In this document: in pieces, positions 13,240-26,200 of the stretch
Layout: each line of letters begins with the position of its first letter
How positions within the stretch are numbered: position 1 is the stretch's first letter
Assembly: GCA_002633005.1 (NCBI GenBank)
Contig: NMRA01000589.1
Span: 172,642-236,641 of the forward strand
Source: Phoronis australis
Taxonomy: Eukaryota > Animalia > Phoronida
Direction of reading: 5' to 3'
DNA length: 64,000 nucleotides
Position numbers and translations under genes: made by a program
The notes under the pieces: generated by a model
Seen by the model: only the letters and a program-made list of their open reading frames with translations
Told to the model about the DNA's origin: nothing
The model's database searches: none

Positions 13240-15419
13240 AGTTGTTGTACCGGTCCTGTGTACGCAGTGCAAGTGTCGTTATTTCAGTATAGCGTAGCAG
13301 GACTGCCGTACTATACGTGACAATTGGGTCATGACGCCGGCACTAAACTATGTGTTTACTATTCCGGCCTTTCGTATTTTTTCAATTGCATGGGTTTGGT
13401 CTGGCATGCACCAAGCTGGTAGTGAACACGTGTTGATATTTTTACCAATTTTTGTTAGCGTGGCAGTGCAAGTTAACGACTGACTAGAAATAAAAGAATG
13501 AGCGAGACGGAAACTAACCATATCCATCACAAACCTTCGCTACGCGGCAGTTACTATACACCATCCATCGAGTCCTTCTTCGATCTGAAATGTTTTGTAC
13601 CCTAAAATATTCTGTCCTTCGAACACATTGAAGGTTACCCATACGTCTGGTAAAATAAAAATTTGGAAATGTCGCATTTCAATTACCGGTATCATGTCCC
13701 GACCTCCCGGCGCACACCCACAACTTTTACACTCGAGGGGTCAGGTGATAGGCATGAACGGTTATGTAATTTATCAATTAAGAACTTCAGAGACATTTTG
13801 TGTGTGTGATATTCTAGTTGACCATCCATCGCCGTTATATCGAGATCTATTAATTACTCTTAGCTATTGCATAACAACACTGAGATTTACATTGTTAGTG
13901 GCTTACAGCACGTATTTTTCTATAGCTGCACCCAATACTATGTTGTAATTAAAGCGACAATAGACCGCGTCACGGTCGAAAAAAACTAAATTTTGGTTTA
14001 GAGCACTTATCGCTATAAAATTGCGGCAAGCCTCGGCTGGGCTCCTTACTTACATCTGGGAATCAGTTCCTAGCTTACATGAGAAGTGATTTTTGGTCCT
14101 GCAAAAGTCACAGTTTGTTATTCCTCGAGGCAATGCTCGGCGAATTAGATGACACGCCATGATAAGTAGAGCTGCCAGTTCCTTCCAAACTCGGAAATCA
14201 CACCTATTTTAACTAAAAACAGTTTGCGACCAATTTCATAACGGTCTAAACCACTTGTTGTGACAACCAGCTCTTCGTCAGCCATTCAAATAGGATTTGA
14301 AAATTAGCACGGAGTACTCAACACCACTTCCTCGGCAACCGCCTCAATCTTTCATTCCGGAACTATATTACGTCATCGGTTCCTTTGAAATCCTGTATTA
14401 CTTGGCGTGATCTGTGAGCTCTGCTAACTTTCAATCGAAGCAGTCTGCTCACCTCGTGTTTTTTTCTTCTGCACTGGCCCTTCGAGTTTATGTCTCCTTC
14501 ACGGATACATGTATAGCGTCGGTTGTTCAATAGCAAGTATAAATTTGTTAAGCACTAGGTCAAATTCGATTTCGCGGTTGTGAATTGTCACGTACACGCA
14601 ACCTATCCAAAAAGTTTGCTTTTGAACACAGTTTAACAACGTAACTATCTTAATATTTCACTTCGAGATGTTTACACTGCTCCCACCGACATTGTAGTTA
14701 GTAGATTTCGCAAAAATTCAATCACTTTTAACAAACACGTACATTTGCTTTTGCCGTGTAGGAAGTCATGTGTTCACCTACAACTGAAGCAATGAATATG
14801 AAATTGCTCGGATTTCAAAATTTTAAAATATTTTTATTGGCAAACAGAAAAGAAAACGTGTCAAATAGATTTACTAAATAAGTAAGCATTAAAATAATAA
14901 CATAATAATCGCTTTCCCCGGTTAAGTATGATACAAAAGTTCAAGGTTTTCATTATAACGGTTGTGTTCCAAAAATACCCTATATGTCAATAGAAGCCGA
15001 ATTGTTAACTGTATGTGTGAAATCCGATTGTGACTCAAGCATATGAAGAAATTCAACATAGCCATGCATTTTTGCCGTGCTAAATCTACCGTCAAAAAAC
15101 CGAGATGCCAAAAAATGGCCAAGAAGTGTGATTTTGACCATATTTTTATCTAAAAACACAAATTCAAGACTGCCCGGTGCAATAAAAGAGACTATCATCC
15201 AAATGTTCTTTCACCCTAAACTCTATAAATTCAAGTTAAATATGTCATTACTAATCACACTTTTGGCAAATTCCATTTGTCTGAAAGCTAAGTACCTGGA
15301 TTTGTGCCAAAAATTCAAGACTCAACAAGCATGTGCTCTCAAGTAGACAAGAGCACAGGCCAAATTTCTGGACACAGTTTACTAAAACAACTTCACGGAA
15401 CTACCGAAAACCATTTGTG

Positions 15420-15627
15420 GCAATCCCTTCCCATTTAGTCCACAAAACTGCCGTCAAACCGGACCCATCTCATTTTAATCATTTTGGGGGGAGCTAAAAG
15501 GGTCCGCACCGTGGTCTTAGATCATCCTTTGCAGAAGAGAGGTACAAAATTGTCATCTTATCGTAAACTTCGCAAAACATCCTGCACCAGTTTGAAGTGT
15601 CACAAATCTGTTTAAACAAACTGCTAC
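15420..15627. repeat. Interspersed repeat; second copy at ~43780-43990
   Basis: Shared CAATCCCTTCCCA.TTAGTCCACAAAACT ... ATCCTGCACCAGTT.GAAGT.TCACAAATCTG. Confidence 0.8.
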
Positions 15628-15699
15628 ATCGATGGCAATGTTTAAAAATAAACGTGTTTATGCTAAATGACAGAGTAAACAACCCCCTTGTTGGGACAA

Positions 15700-16470
15700 A
15701 GAATTTCAAACTTCAAAAAAACTTTATAAAATCACCTTTTGAATATTTTTCGGAGAGACTCTTCCCCTGGAAAATTGGCAGTATACAAAGAAAATAAGAA
15801 ACAATTTCACATGTTATACAAAGAAAAAGAAAACGAGCTTCAAGCGAAGTTGCTGGAAAATATTCTGGATAGAAAAAATAATCCAAAGCAATTCTGGCCT
15901 CTGGTAAAATCAAATTTTAATAGTAGTCTGGAGGAAACTCCAGAACGGTGGTACATGTATTTTAATTTGTTGCTCAATGAACGGATAGAACCGAGCGACA
16001 CTGTCAAATGCGGTCGTAAGACAACAAGAAAATCATGACAATTACTGTGATGCTTGTGACGAAAATTTACCCAGTGATATGAACACTTGTTTCTCATGTG
16101 AGGAAATTGACTGCGCTATAATGGATCTAGCAAACGGCAAAGCAGCCGGCATTGACCACGTTGTATTTGAGATGTTGAAGAGTACGAGGGTAGCTATTGT
16201 TCCTGTATTGGAACTGCTTTTCAATGGAATTCTCGCTACAGGTCACTACACACAATAATTGTTCCTATGTTAAAACAGGGTGACACCGAAGATGAGAACA
16301 ATTATAGGGGTATCTCATTGTTGTCAGCAGTAGGAAAGCTATTCACCAAACTTTTGAACAACCGGCTTAGCACCTGGGCTGAGGCAAATGGCGAACTTCG
16401 TGAATCACAGGCGGGATTCCGCAAGGGCTACTGCACACAGGACCAAATGTTTACGCTCCAGGCCATGTTG
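15700..16470 (+). mobile_element. Degenerate non-LTR retrotransposon ORF2 (reverse transcriptase N-terminal part, CR1/L2-like)
   Basis: KAAGIDHV..EMLK, KQGD..DENNYRGISLLSAVGKLFTKLLNNRL, ESQAGFRKGY.TQDQ; stops and frameshifts present. Confidence 0.85.
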
Positions 16471-17009
16471 TTAGTATGTTTTGAACTGCACTCAGTGTTC
16501 ATTTATATGATTAGGTACGACGGTAAGCTATTTCACAGCACAAATGACGATGAGAAAAATTGAGTTTGCGCCCTTAGACAAAGTTAAATTTTGTTGATGG
16601 CCGCTGGTCTTAAGTTCAGCCTTGGCTTGCCGGCGAGGTCACGTGTAATGTCACTCATATATTTTATCATTAACCTTTATTAATTCACATCACAACATAG
16701 TATAGTTGAAAAACATCATGAAAGTGAATTTAAAATGTTTTTTTTTATTTTCAATTTCACCAAATCTTAAGGTCATCTGCAGTCGCTTGTGTCCCGCAAG
16801 CCTGTTCGTTCCACGTAAACCGTTGATCCGCATTTAGGTTTCCCAAGCTCTTCGAAAAACCATGTTGCAGCTTTCATTAGCGACGTGGGACTAAAATCAA
16901 ATAATGTACTTCTTGCTAAAATGGAGGACGATCGCAGTCTCCCGCGCCCTGGCATATCGCAACTTACCCATTGAGTGTCACACTTAAAGTAGTCACTTAT
17001 GAATTCATG

Positions 17010-17112
17010 TTTGTACTCGTATAATACATGAAAACAAATGTAACAGCAGTTTTCAAAACAGTTAGTGGCGTACCTGATCAAGGTCCAAAATTTCTTTTTC
17101 CATATAGTTTGA
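17010..17112. repeat. Interspersed repeat; second copy at ~61968-62055
   Basis: Shared TTTGTACTCGTATAATACA.GAAAACAA ... GTTAGTGGCGTACCTGATCAA..CCAAAATTTCTTTTTCCATATAGTTT. Confidence 0.75.
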
Positions 17113-18898
17113 TTGAGTGGTATAGTTCTAATTTTACATCATGCGAATTCACATGAAATGACCTAAAAGTTACAACTATCAACCACCTGTAATCAAATCA
17201 AATGACGTTCCAGCAGCCAGGCTCTGTAATCTTATCACCATTGTTACGTGTACCATCTATATCGAAATAACTTTTAAGCATTCATTTCATAGATTCCTAG
17301 AGATAAAATAACCGCTTAACACATGCTTTGGTCAAGTCACGTGGATATCAACTCCGTGTCGCACGCGTCGCATAATACCGCGAGTAGCCTGGTTTTGAAG
17401 GAAAACATTACGATCTAATTGTTTGGACTGGGGATCAAAGCGGCAAAAACACAATTTGGTATTAAATGGCATGAACTTAATTCAGAGTAATTAGAAGGCC
17501 AAATCGTTTTTACTGCCGAAAAACGCATTTTAGGTGAGATTGCTTTTTGGGTGCCATAGACGTTTTGAAATTATTAGCCCAAAGCTGTAAGTCAAAAAAA
17601 TCAGTTGCGTCCTTGTATTTTTTTTCAAATCGGGTGCTGGGGGGTTGGGAGGCATAGCCCCCACTTTTTTTTAGTGCTGCGCTGTCCATGATCTATGAGT
17701 GGTGCACCACAGGGGGGCTGAAGGGGGGCTATAGCACCCACTTTTTAAGTGCTGCGCAGCCCATGTAACAGGAATAATTTTTGGACATTTCGTGCCGCGA
17801 AATGCGTTTTCGAGTAAAACTCACGTGAATAGGTGCTGGTATCAGATAATCCATACTCAGTGTTGCACTATTAAACCCATAGTACCTGATAACTGCAGGA
17901 CGAAACCATGTCAGAATTCAACACATTTTCCATACGAACAAGACAAAAGTATGTTTATTTGCAATACACTATATTCTACAAAACAATTACCGGCCTGACT
18001 ATGAAAACTTAAATCATGACTAAAATGCCTGTTCACTCTGAACGCCACTTTCGTCGTCATACCGACAATTTCCTACGCTCTACCCACCTCCCCTTTTTAT
18101 TGGCTTCCAAGTATTATAAAGCCCTATGACTATCATGTGGCGCATTGCCGGCAGATCCTTGGCGACGGCTTGGCAGGCCACAGAACTCTCGGACGTACAA
18201 TCACAAACGCATTGATTCGTAATGAGAAGGTGATCCCGAAGACTGAAGTGTCAACGAAGGTGTGCAACAATGACTGGCGGGTCAGGTAGGTGATTTTTAT
18301 TCCTTCAGGCGAGACCGGAAGACCTACAAAGCACTTTTATTATACATAAATGTTCTCTATCAACAGTTTATCTTGTACTTTATCTCTCTAATAATTCTAA
18401 TTGGATGGCGTTGATGATATCTAAGAACTTCGATTCGATTTTCATAGGAGCTTATTTAGCTGTAAATATAAACAGTTTTATACTGGTTAAACTAGAAGCA
18501 AATTAAAAAAAGAGTTTCTTCCCTTTAAATATATATTTAATGCATTCGTTGATGCAAAAAAGTTTAAGTCAAAACTCATTTAAACGACTATATTCGAAAG
18601 CAAACTTTGCTGCACTGCTTGAAAAGAGCAAAAATTCGCTTGTCCATGGTGACAATAAATTTTAGTGATTAAGACTCAAAAGGGTTGTTTTCAACTTTGG
18701 TTACACTTTTGTGGTAACTGCACATGCGTGAAATTAGTCTCATGTACCCATATTCAAAAATAAGTTTTTTCTAAAAATTATATTAACTGAAGTACTTAAC
18801 ATGTACCTATGACAAAGTTGGCCAATTTTGTTTACGCTGTTAATGGTCGTTAATATACATGTACGTTAACATAGACCATTACGTCACGGATAACACGG

Positions 18899-20344
18899 GT
18901 ACCACAGAGTCATACCCACGAGCATCGCATCCTACCCACGAGCATCGCATCCTACGCACGAACGACCTATGAACCTATGAGTCATGCACACGAACCCAAA
19001 AATCACGCATACGAATAAAAATCATGCGTACGTTGAAGGTTTTTTAAAGTCCTGTTTTGAAAAAGGCTTAAGATTTATCAGAGATGTGTTTACCTCTTAT
19101 GGCGATTTCGTTAGTTTAAACCATATGATAAATGACTTCAAAGTAAAAACCAACTTTGTAGAATATATTGGTAATGTTTCTGTTCTAAGAAGGTTTAAAA
19201 AAGGCTGTTTCAAAGTAAATTTAACAGTTTTAATGTCTATTCTCTTTGCATGCCTTTAGCAATTACTCACTTACTGAAAGATTTGAACGGTTGTAGACAT
19301 ACTTGTTCAATCTTTAACGACGTTAAGAAATCTTTTAAGTCAGAGTGTAAATGGGAAATAGAGTTAGAAGATAGTTTAGATTGGAATAAAATATTCGCAT
19401 TGCCTTATGAAATTACAAAGGATCCCAACATTAGACGGTTCCAATTTAGAATATTACACAAAATACAACAAATATTATTTTAGTCAAAATCCGTGCTTGG
19501 GATTCTAATTTATGTTCCTTTTGTTACAACGCTCCAGAGACGCTGTCACATCTTTTTGGGAATGTCACCCTTTACAAGATTTTTGTAAGGAATTTAGGAA
19601 ACTACTTCAATAGTGTCTCTTTCAGGTTCTCAACTGTCTCTCTTATCAAAGTGTTATTCTTGAACTTTATAAGACACGTGATTTTCTATTTAAAATTTTG
19701 CTTTTACTAGCTAAACAGTACATTTACAAGGAGAGATGTCACAAAAATATAGATTACCTAAGATTCACGGGTTTGTTACATACACATATGAATACTATAA
19801 TGCTGAAAAATTAATTCCATATAAAAGTTTTGCATAAGACAGCTTCTCTGCGAAATGGGAAAAAATTATTGTTCACGTTATCTCCATGTAGCAGTTGTTT
19901 ACTTTATACGAGATATGAAAATGGTCTCTCTTGAGGTGTGCATGCGTGAATGAATGGATGTACTTGTTTGTTTGTTTGTTTTTGTACTTTTGTATCAATG
20001 GTAATAAATACCTAAAAAGTCATGCGCACGAATCACGAAAATCATACACTCGTGCATCCGAATCATACGCACGAACCACCCGGCTAGCCAAACGATAGTG
20101 TTCATGCGTGTCACTTGATGCTCGTGTGTATGATTTTTGTGTTCTTATGTATGATTTTTGTGGTTCGTGCGTAGGATTTTTGTTCGTATGCGTGATTTTG
20201 TGGGTTCGTATGCATGATGCATATGTTCTTATGCATGATGCATAGGTTCGTATGCATGATTGATGGGTTCGTATGCATGATTCATAGGATCGTAGGTGGT
20301 TCGTGCGTAAGATGCAATGCTCGAGCGTATAATTACTATGGTAC
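18899..20344. mobile_element. Foldback-like element with inverted arms of ~21-bp tandem units, interrupted by a LINE fragment
   Basis: Left arm (CATCCTACCCACGAGCATCG.., CACGAACCCAAAAATCACGCATACGAA) is inverted relative to 20100-20344; ends GTACCA / TGGTAC. Confidence 0.65.
19030..19880 (+). mobile_element. 3' fragment of an L1/Tx1-like LINE ORF2 (zinc-knuckle region), degenerate
   Basis: KGLRFIRD, KWE.EL...DW.KIF, FQFRILH, CSFC..APETL.HLF(W)EC; frameshifted. Confidence 0.75.
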
Positions 20345-23202
20345 ACCTGGAAACGTTAAGATTACCTGTTATTTTTAAAAGTTGCTTCTTAGCTCAAACG
20401 TTTGCAATTAGGCGCATGCACTTAATTCGGAAGTAGACATAACTTCACACATAAGTGCATAAATTTAAGCACGTACGTATCAGTTAATGCGCCAACATTT
20501 GAACACCGATATGTCCAAATATGGACCTTGCTTGTGTTTTTTACTGAACATTCATTACGAATTAGTTTTTGAGCAAAATGATTGTACCTCGGGCTCAGGA
20601 GGCTGGTTCTCGAAGAGTCTGTTGTCTTTTGGTTAAAATCAACCTGCAGACTACTTTGCCATTTCCACGAAATCAGGCTAAGGCTAAGCCAGTAAATCTG
20701 TGTTCAACTTGAAGCTGAGATTCAAATCCGTAATCTTCCCGGGAATAGACTCAAAGACAAAGCCAAAAAAAATCAACTTTTGGGTATAGACTAATGGAGA
20801 AATAGACAATAGGCTTGGATTTCCAAGAGTCAATTGCAATCAAGAACTATGCACGCTCTTTGTCTTCGGTAACCCGTATAAGTCTGTCTCAATCTGGGAG
20901 ACGGTTGAATGAAGAACTCTGAATGAATCGTTTTGTGGATTTCGAAGTGAACAGTACTTGTCTATGACTTTGAGGTTTCAAATTGTGGGACACTCATGTT
21001 AGAGGTCGATTCTTTTATAAACCAGCATTATGTTTCGTTAAAACAGTAGAGTTAGAAAATGGCAATTTTTCGAAAATTTTTGAATGACAAAACTGGCAAA
21101 GGTAGGACCGGCTGCAGTCTGGTTTTAAGTGACATTATCGACGAGAATTTCTTATTTGAGAACGGTGACAACGTGGATCGAAGTTGAAACTCTAGCAGGG
21201 CAGCCAAACACCCGGCTGGAAGATCTGAATCCCCCTTAGTATTTGGAAGTGTTTTTAAATCTATTTAATTCGATTAAGTCGTCGGCCTCGATTTCAGCGA
21301 ATGTCTGGCAGACAACAGCGAGAATGGCGATTTGTAATAAAATCACAAAAACGCAACAGATTTTATTGTTTACCAGTTGTCTGGTTAAAGCTAACTTAAT
21401 AACCTCAAAAATCTTTCTCAATCAACAATTGCGTTTTTGGGTTGTTAGAACGACAATGTCTCACGAATGCACATCATCCTGCAAGCGAAAACAATCTGCA
21501 TAGTAAATGTGAGTTCAACTAGGGCATTAAACTTTTAAGTTAAAACCATGCACGTACAAACTTGGGTGTCACTCTCTGCTTCGCTATGCTGGTAATGAAT
21601 ACTCTCTTTTCCACTCTACTGATCTACACAAAACAAAGCGTTCAGGTATATCGAAGATACCCAAAGGACTACATTGAGACATCTCGATACGGCTGAAATT
21701 GTAATACACATCCCGGACATTTCTAAATTCTACTCTATTCACACTATTCTCAAACCTAGAGACTCAAGGGTCAGTGGAATTGGACGGGTAGTCCATCTCA
21801 GAAACTCCTTTAAGCCAAATATTTACATATTAATTTACATATTTTAATATGTAAGAATTTGGCTTAAAGGAGTTAAATGTTTTTGCATGTAAACTGAAAT
21901 AAAACGCACGGATAGTATGACAATATACATTGGCAAGACGTTTCGAGCGGTCATTTCTTTGGTCATTTTCAGGATTAAAACATCCTTAGAAGAACGAGCT
22001 CGGGTATGTTTTAAACTCATGCTAGTCAGTGACGAGCACGTTCCGGAAACGGAATGCATTAACTACCGATTCACACAGTGTCGCTCATTCGATAAAATTC
22101 GTCATTTTCCGTACGACGTTGTAACGTACACAGATAAGTCGCTATACATTAAGCAGCAATTAACACGCTACGTCACACGGAAATGGACGAACTGTGTATC
22201 GAATGAGCGTATTCTTGTTGTAACGCCAAACACCGCAAAAGTACTTTGTGTAATTTCTCTATGAGCTGAACACGGCATCATTTTTGTTTATAAATCCATC
22301 ACATTCAAGCCGACATTTACTGTACAATATAGTCCACAAATTTGCCACTAGTTTCCCGACTGTACAAGATGTTCACCTTTTCTCACATCTTAGAAGTGGA
22401 AAAAGGAAGTTTGGCTTCACCTTTAGTGCAGTCTTCACCAGATTATAATTGCTGTTCTTATAGTTATACACCAATGCATTGAAAGAATTACAAAAACGCC
22501 TAACACGTTTGAACAAAGTTCGATTGATCGGAGAGTCAGTCATGATTTTGTAAAGTCATTACTCTGCGGAGTGAAAGGGTTTTTGTAAGGTATGACATAA
22601 CCACAAGCTGGTTCAAAACGACCAGTCACTAGATGTCAGTGCTTTCTTCATTCGCCACCGGATGGTACTTGATTTACTTTTTATAAAACTGTTATTTGCT
22701 TTCAGCTCATTAATTTCTAGACTTGCGCTTTGAAGAATCATAGAGAAAAATGGCGAAAATTCTCTTTTAATATTTTATACATTTAGACGATGGTTGACAC
22801 CAACGAATTTTTTATGCATCCACACAAACAGAATTGGTTGCATCACAGTCAATAAACATCCACATAAACGTATGTAGCTGCCTATCGCCATCAACTCCGT
22901 CTAGCGCCTGACGTCGACTTCTCCAACACTGTTAGTAGGGTTTTCACGAACACACAGGTGTTTTCCTTTTAACGACATCTCGGCGAATGCTGTCAATTTT
23001 CAGACGTTGCATCTCAATGGGTGCACGTCATTGTTGGGTCAACCAGCTAACAACATCTGATTGATTATTACAAAGGGAGTTACACTAGGTGGCCAAATTA
23101 AGACAACCTGTCTAACTGCATTACAAAAACAAATATAAGCACCTCTTACAGTAGGCCTACACCGTTTGCGCACATCGACGCTCAGCGTTACTTTTATTTT
23201 AG

Positions 23203-26200
23203 CCGTGCACAGTAATGAAGCAGACACCAGATGCTCAGAGGGCAAAGAAAAACTTCACTTCAATTTAGATGAAGACAGATGTGCTCAGCTCAAGTCCATA
23301 GCGAAGGCACTAGGATGTCATGTCATCGACGTTTTCGTGGCGTTTGTCTACGCAATTCTCGTACGTTACGAAGGAGCCGAAAAGTCGTCTTCTGTCGAAG
23401 TTGGCTTTGCAACTCCAAATGAAGATCAAACCTCAGAGACCACTCTATTCCTCTCAGACGAATTCCTGCAATTCACGGACATTCAGTTACCTACTGACAC
23501 ACAAGGGGATGTTGCTAGCTTAATACAGTCATTCAAGACCAGCTTGGGAAAAGTAGTCAACGCTGTCTCACCATACAAGACATCTTTGCCTAACATTCTT
23601 ATTGGTTTTAACTTCCCACGGGAATTTGAGAAGCATGTGGCGCTAGACAGGTTTGCAGTGCGGCTACAAGCAAACAGGTTTAAGAACAAAGACACAAACC
23701 TTGATACGTACAGATGCACGCTTGTATACAGTGGTGAAGGCAAAAGTGCTGGCCTCCTGAAAATGTTCGAAGGGCACCTCCTTACGCTTGTTCAAGAGGT
23801 CATTGTATCACGAGAAGTCGGCAAACAAATGAATCTCTTTAGCTTACCAATGCTAACTCCAAGCGAAAAGAGTTTTCAGGATCATTACAATGACACCAAC
23901 AGAAAGTATTCTGAAGGCAAATTACTGATGCATGAACTATTTGAGAAGAAGGTGAAGATGTCCCAGGACGCAGTTGCTGTTAAATGTGAAAACGAAAGTC
24001 TTACATATGCAGAGCTTGATCAACTCTCAGATAGTCTAGCTGAACAGATATTGTCAACGGCAGGCGACAACTTGAGCAATCGCGTGGTTGGCATAAGCGT
24101 TGACGCCTCAGTCCAAATGGTTGTTGGTCTCTATGCCATAATGAAGGCAGGATTGGCTTACGTACCTTTAGACCCAAGCTACCCCGAGGATCGTCTGAGC
24201 TATATGATTGAAAACTCCGAAGCGTCATTGATTCTTGCAAAGACAGACATGACAGACAAACTTAAGAAGTTTTCAGCGAACGTCTTGTGTTTAGATGATA
24301 TGCTCAACCAAGTAGAATTTGACCCAAACCACAACGTCATCAAGAGAAATAAGAAGGTTGACGTCAGACCAGACGACTTAGCTTACATCATCTACACATC
24401 AGGGTCAACGGGAAAACCCAAAGGGGTAATGATAAGCCACAGAAATGCAGTCAATACAATTCTGGACATAAACGACAGATACAACATTACTGCCAAAGAT
24501 AAGTTACTCCTTGTTGCATCTTTAAGTTTCGACTTATCGGTATATGACATATTTGGTATTTTAGCAGCTGGTGGGACCCTAGTCATCCCTGTCCCAGAAA
24601 TTCGCGGTGTCCCGGATCCCGCCTGTTGGATAAAAACTATGAAGCAAGAGAGCGTCACGTTCTGGGACTCTGCTCCAGCAGTATTAAGCCTTCTGGTAGA
24701 GTATCTTCACTCAGAGGGGGACGTCTTACCTCAATCATTACGTCTTGTAATACTAAGTGGTGATCGCATACCCCTAATGCTGCCTTCTCACTTGCAAGAA
24801 ATGGTGCCAAACGTACAGGTTATGAGCCAGGGGGGAGCAACCGAAGGTTCTATTTGGTCAATTTACTACCCAGTCAAAACAGTTAACCCTGCTTGGACAA
24901 CCATACCCTACGGCATGCCATTGACAAATCAGAAGTATTATGTTTTAGATGAGTTCCTGAACCCTGCACCTACCTTAGTGACTGGCGAGCTTTACATCGG
25001 TGGTCTCGGAGTAGCAATGGGATACATGAATAACGAAAAAGTCACCAGCTACCGTTTCCTCCCTAGTCCATTTAAAGACGGCGGACGCATTTACAAAACG
25101 GGAGACTTAGGTCGATTTCACCCTGAGGGGTACATCGAGTTCTGTGGTCGCATTGACAACCAAGTAAAGATCCGAGGATTTAGAGTCGAGCTATCGGAAA
25201 TTGAATCCGCCTTGATTAACCAAGACGGTGTGGACGATGCCCTAGTCATGAAGGTTCAGGAAAAGCTTGTTGCTTACGTCATACACGACCAACATGCTAA
25301 ACTAAACGCGACAGACCTTCAAAAGCATATTAGCGAAACCCTGCCAACATACATGGTGCCAGCATACATAGTTATCATGGATTCATTTCCGGTTACCGTG
25401 AACGGTAAAGTTAACCGAAAAAAATTACCTCCCGCGGAATCAACGAGCCACAGAACCGAAGGCACAGGACCACCAGACGAGACTGCCCAATCATCAGAGC
25501 TAAAACTTTCAAACAACGAACAAGCCATCGCATCTGTTTGGTGCGAACTACTGAACACCGACATCCAGTCAATAAAACCAAGATCGTCCTTCTATGAAGT
25601 TGGTGGAGATTCCATATCCGCCATGACTATAGTGACGCAGTTGAAAAAGAAAGGCTTGAGCTTGACTGTCCAACAACTTCTAAGTCAACCAACTCTAGAA
25701 CAATTGGCATTAGTAGCCAAACCCATCAAGAAGCGAGTGGGAACAAAACAACACGAAAGAGAGGCGTCATCACCAAACGTGGAACTGACTCCAGCACAGG
25801 TTTGGTTCTTTGAGCAGGAGTTTGACAACATCAATTTCTGGAACCAGTCTTTTCTCATGATACCAAAAGTTAGATTGGAAAAAGAAAAATTGTCAAATGC
25901 TGTCCATGGTCTTGTCTCAAAACACGAAATGCTGAGGTGTAAATTCACCAAAGATCATCTTGGAAAATGGAAACAGACAATAGGAAATGAAGTTTCCTTT
26001 GTTTTTGAAAATGAAGATATATCAATAGACTTACTTAACACTAATATTGACAAGCTTAGACGGTCACTTGACATTTCCAAAGGTATCCTTATTGCAGTTG
26101 GGCTATTTGAAATCGATGGAGAACAGAAAATCTTTGTCACTGTTCACCATCTTGTAGTTGATTTGGTATCGTGGCGCATAATTCTAGAAGACATCGAGTT

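Noticed and set aside
20020-20346. ORF with SCIRT repeats
   Set aside because: Translation of 21-bp units in a foldback arm.
22790-23100. Stop-riddled frame MVDTNEFFMHPHKQNW... as a decayed C-domain N-terminal lobe
   Set aside because: Five stops and only impressionistic similarity; another frame gives a cleaner exon.
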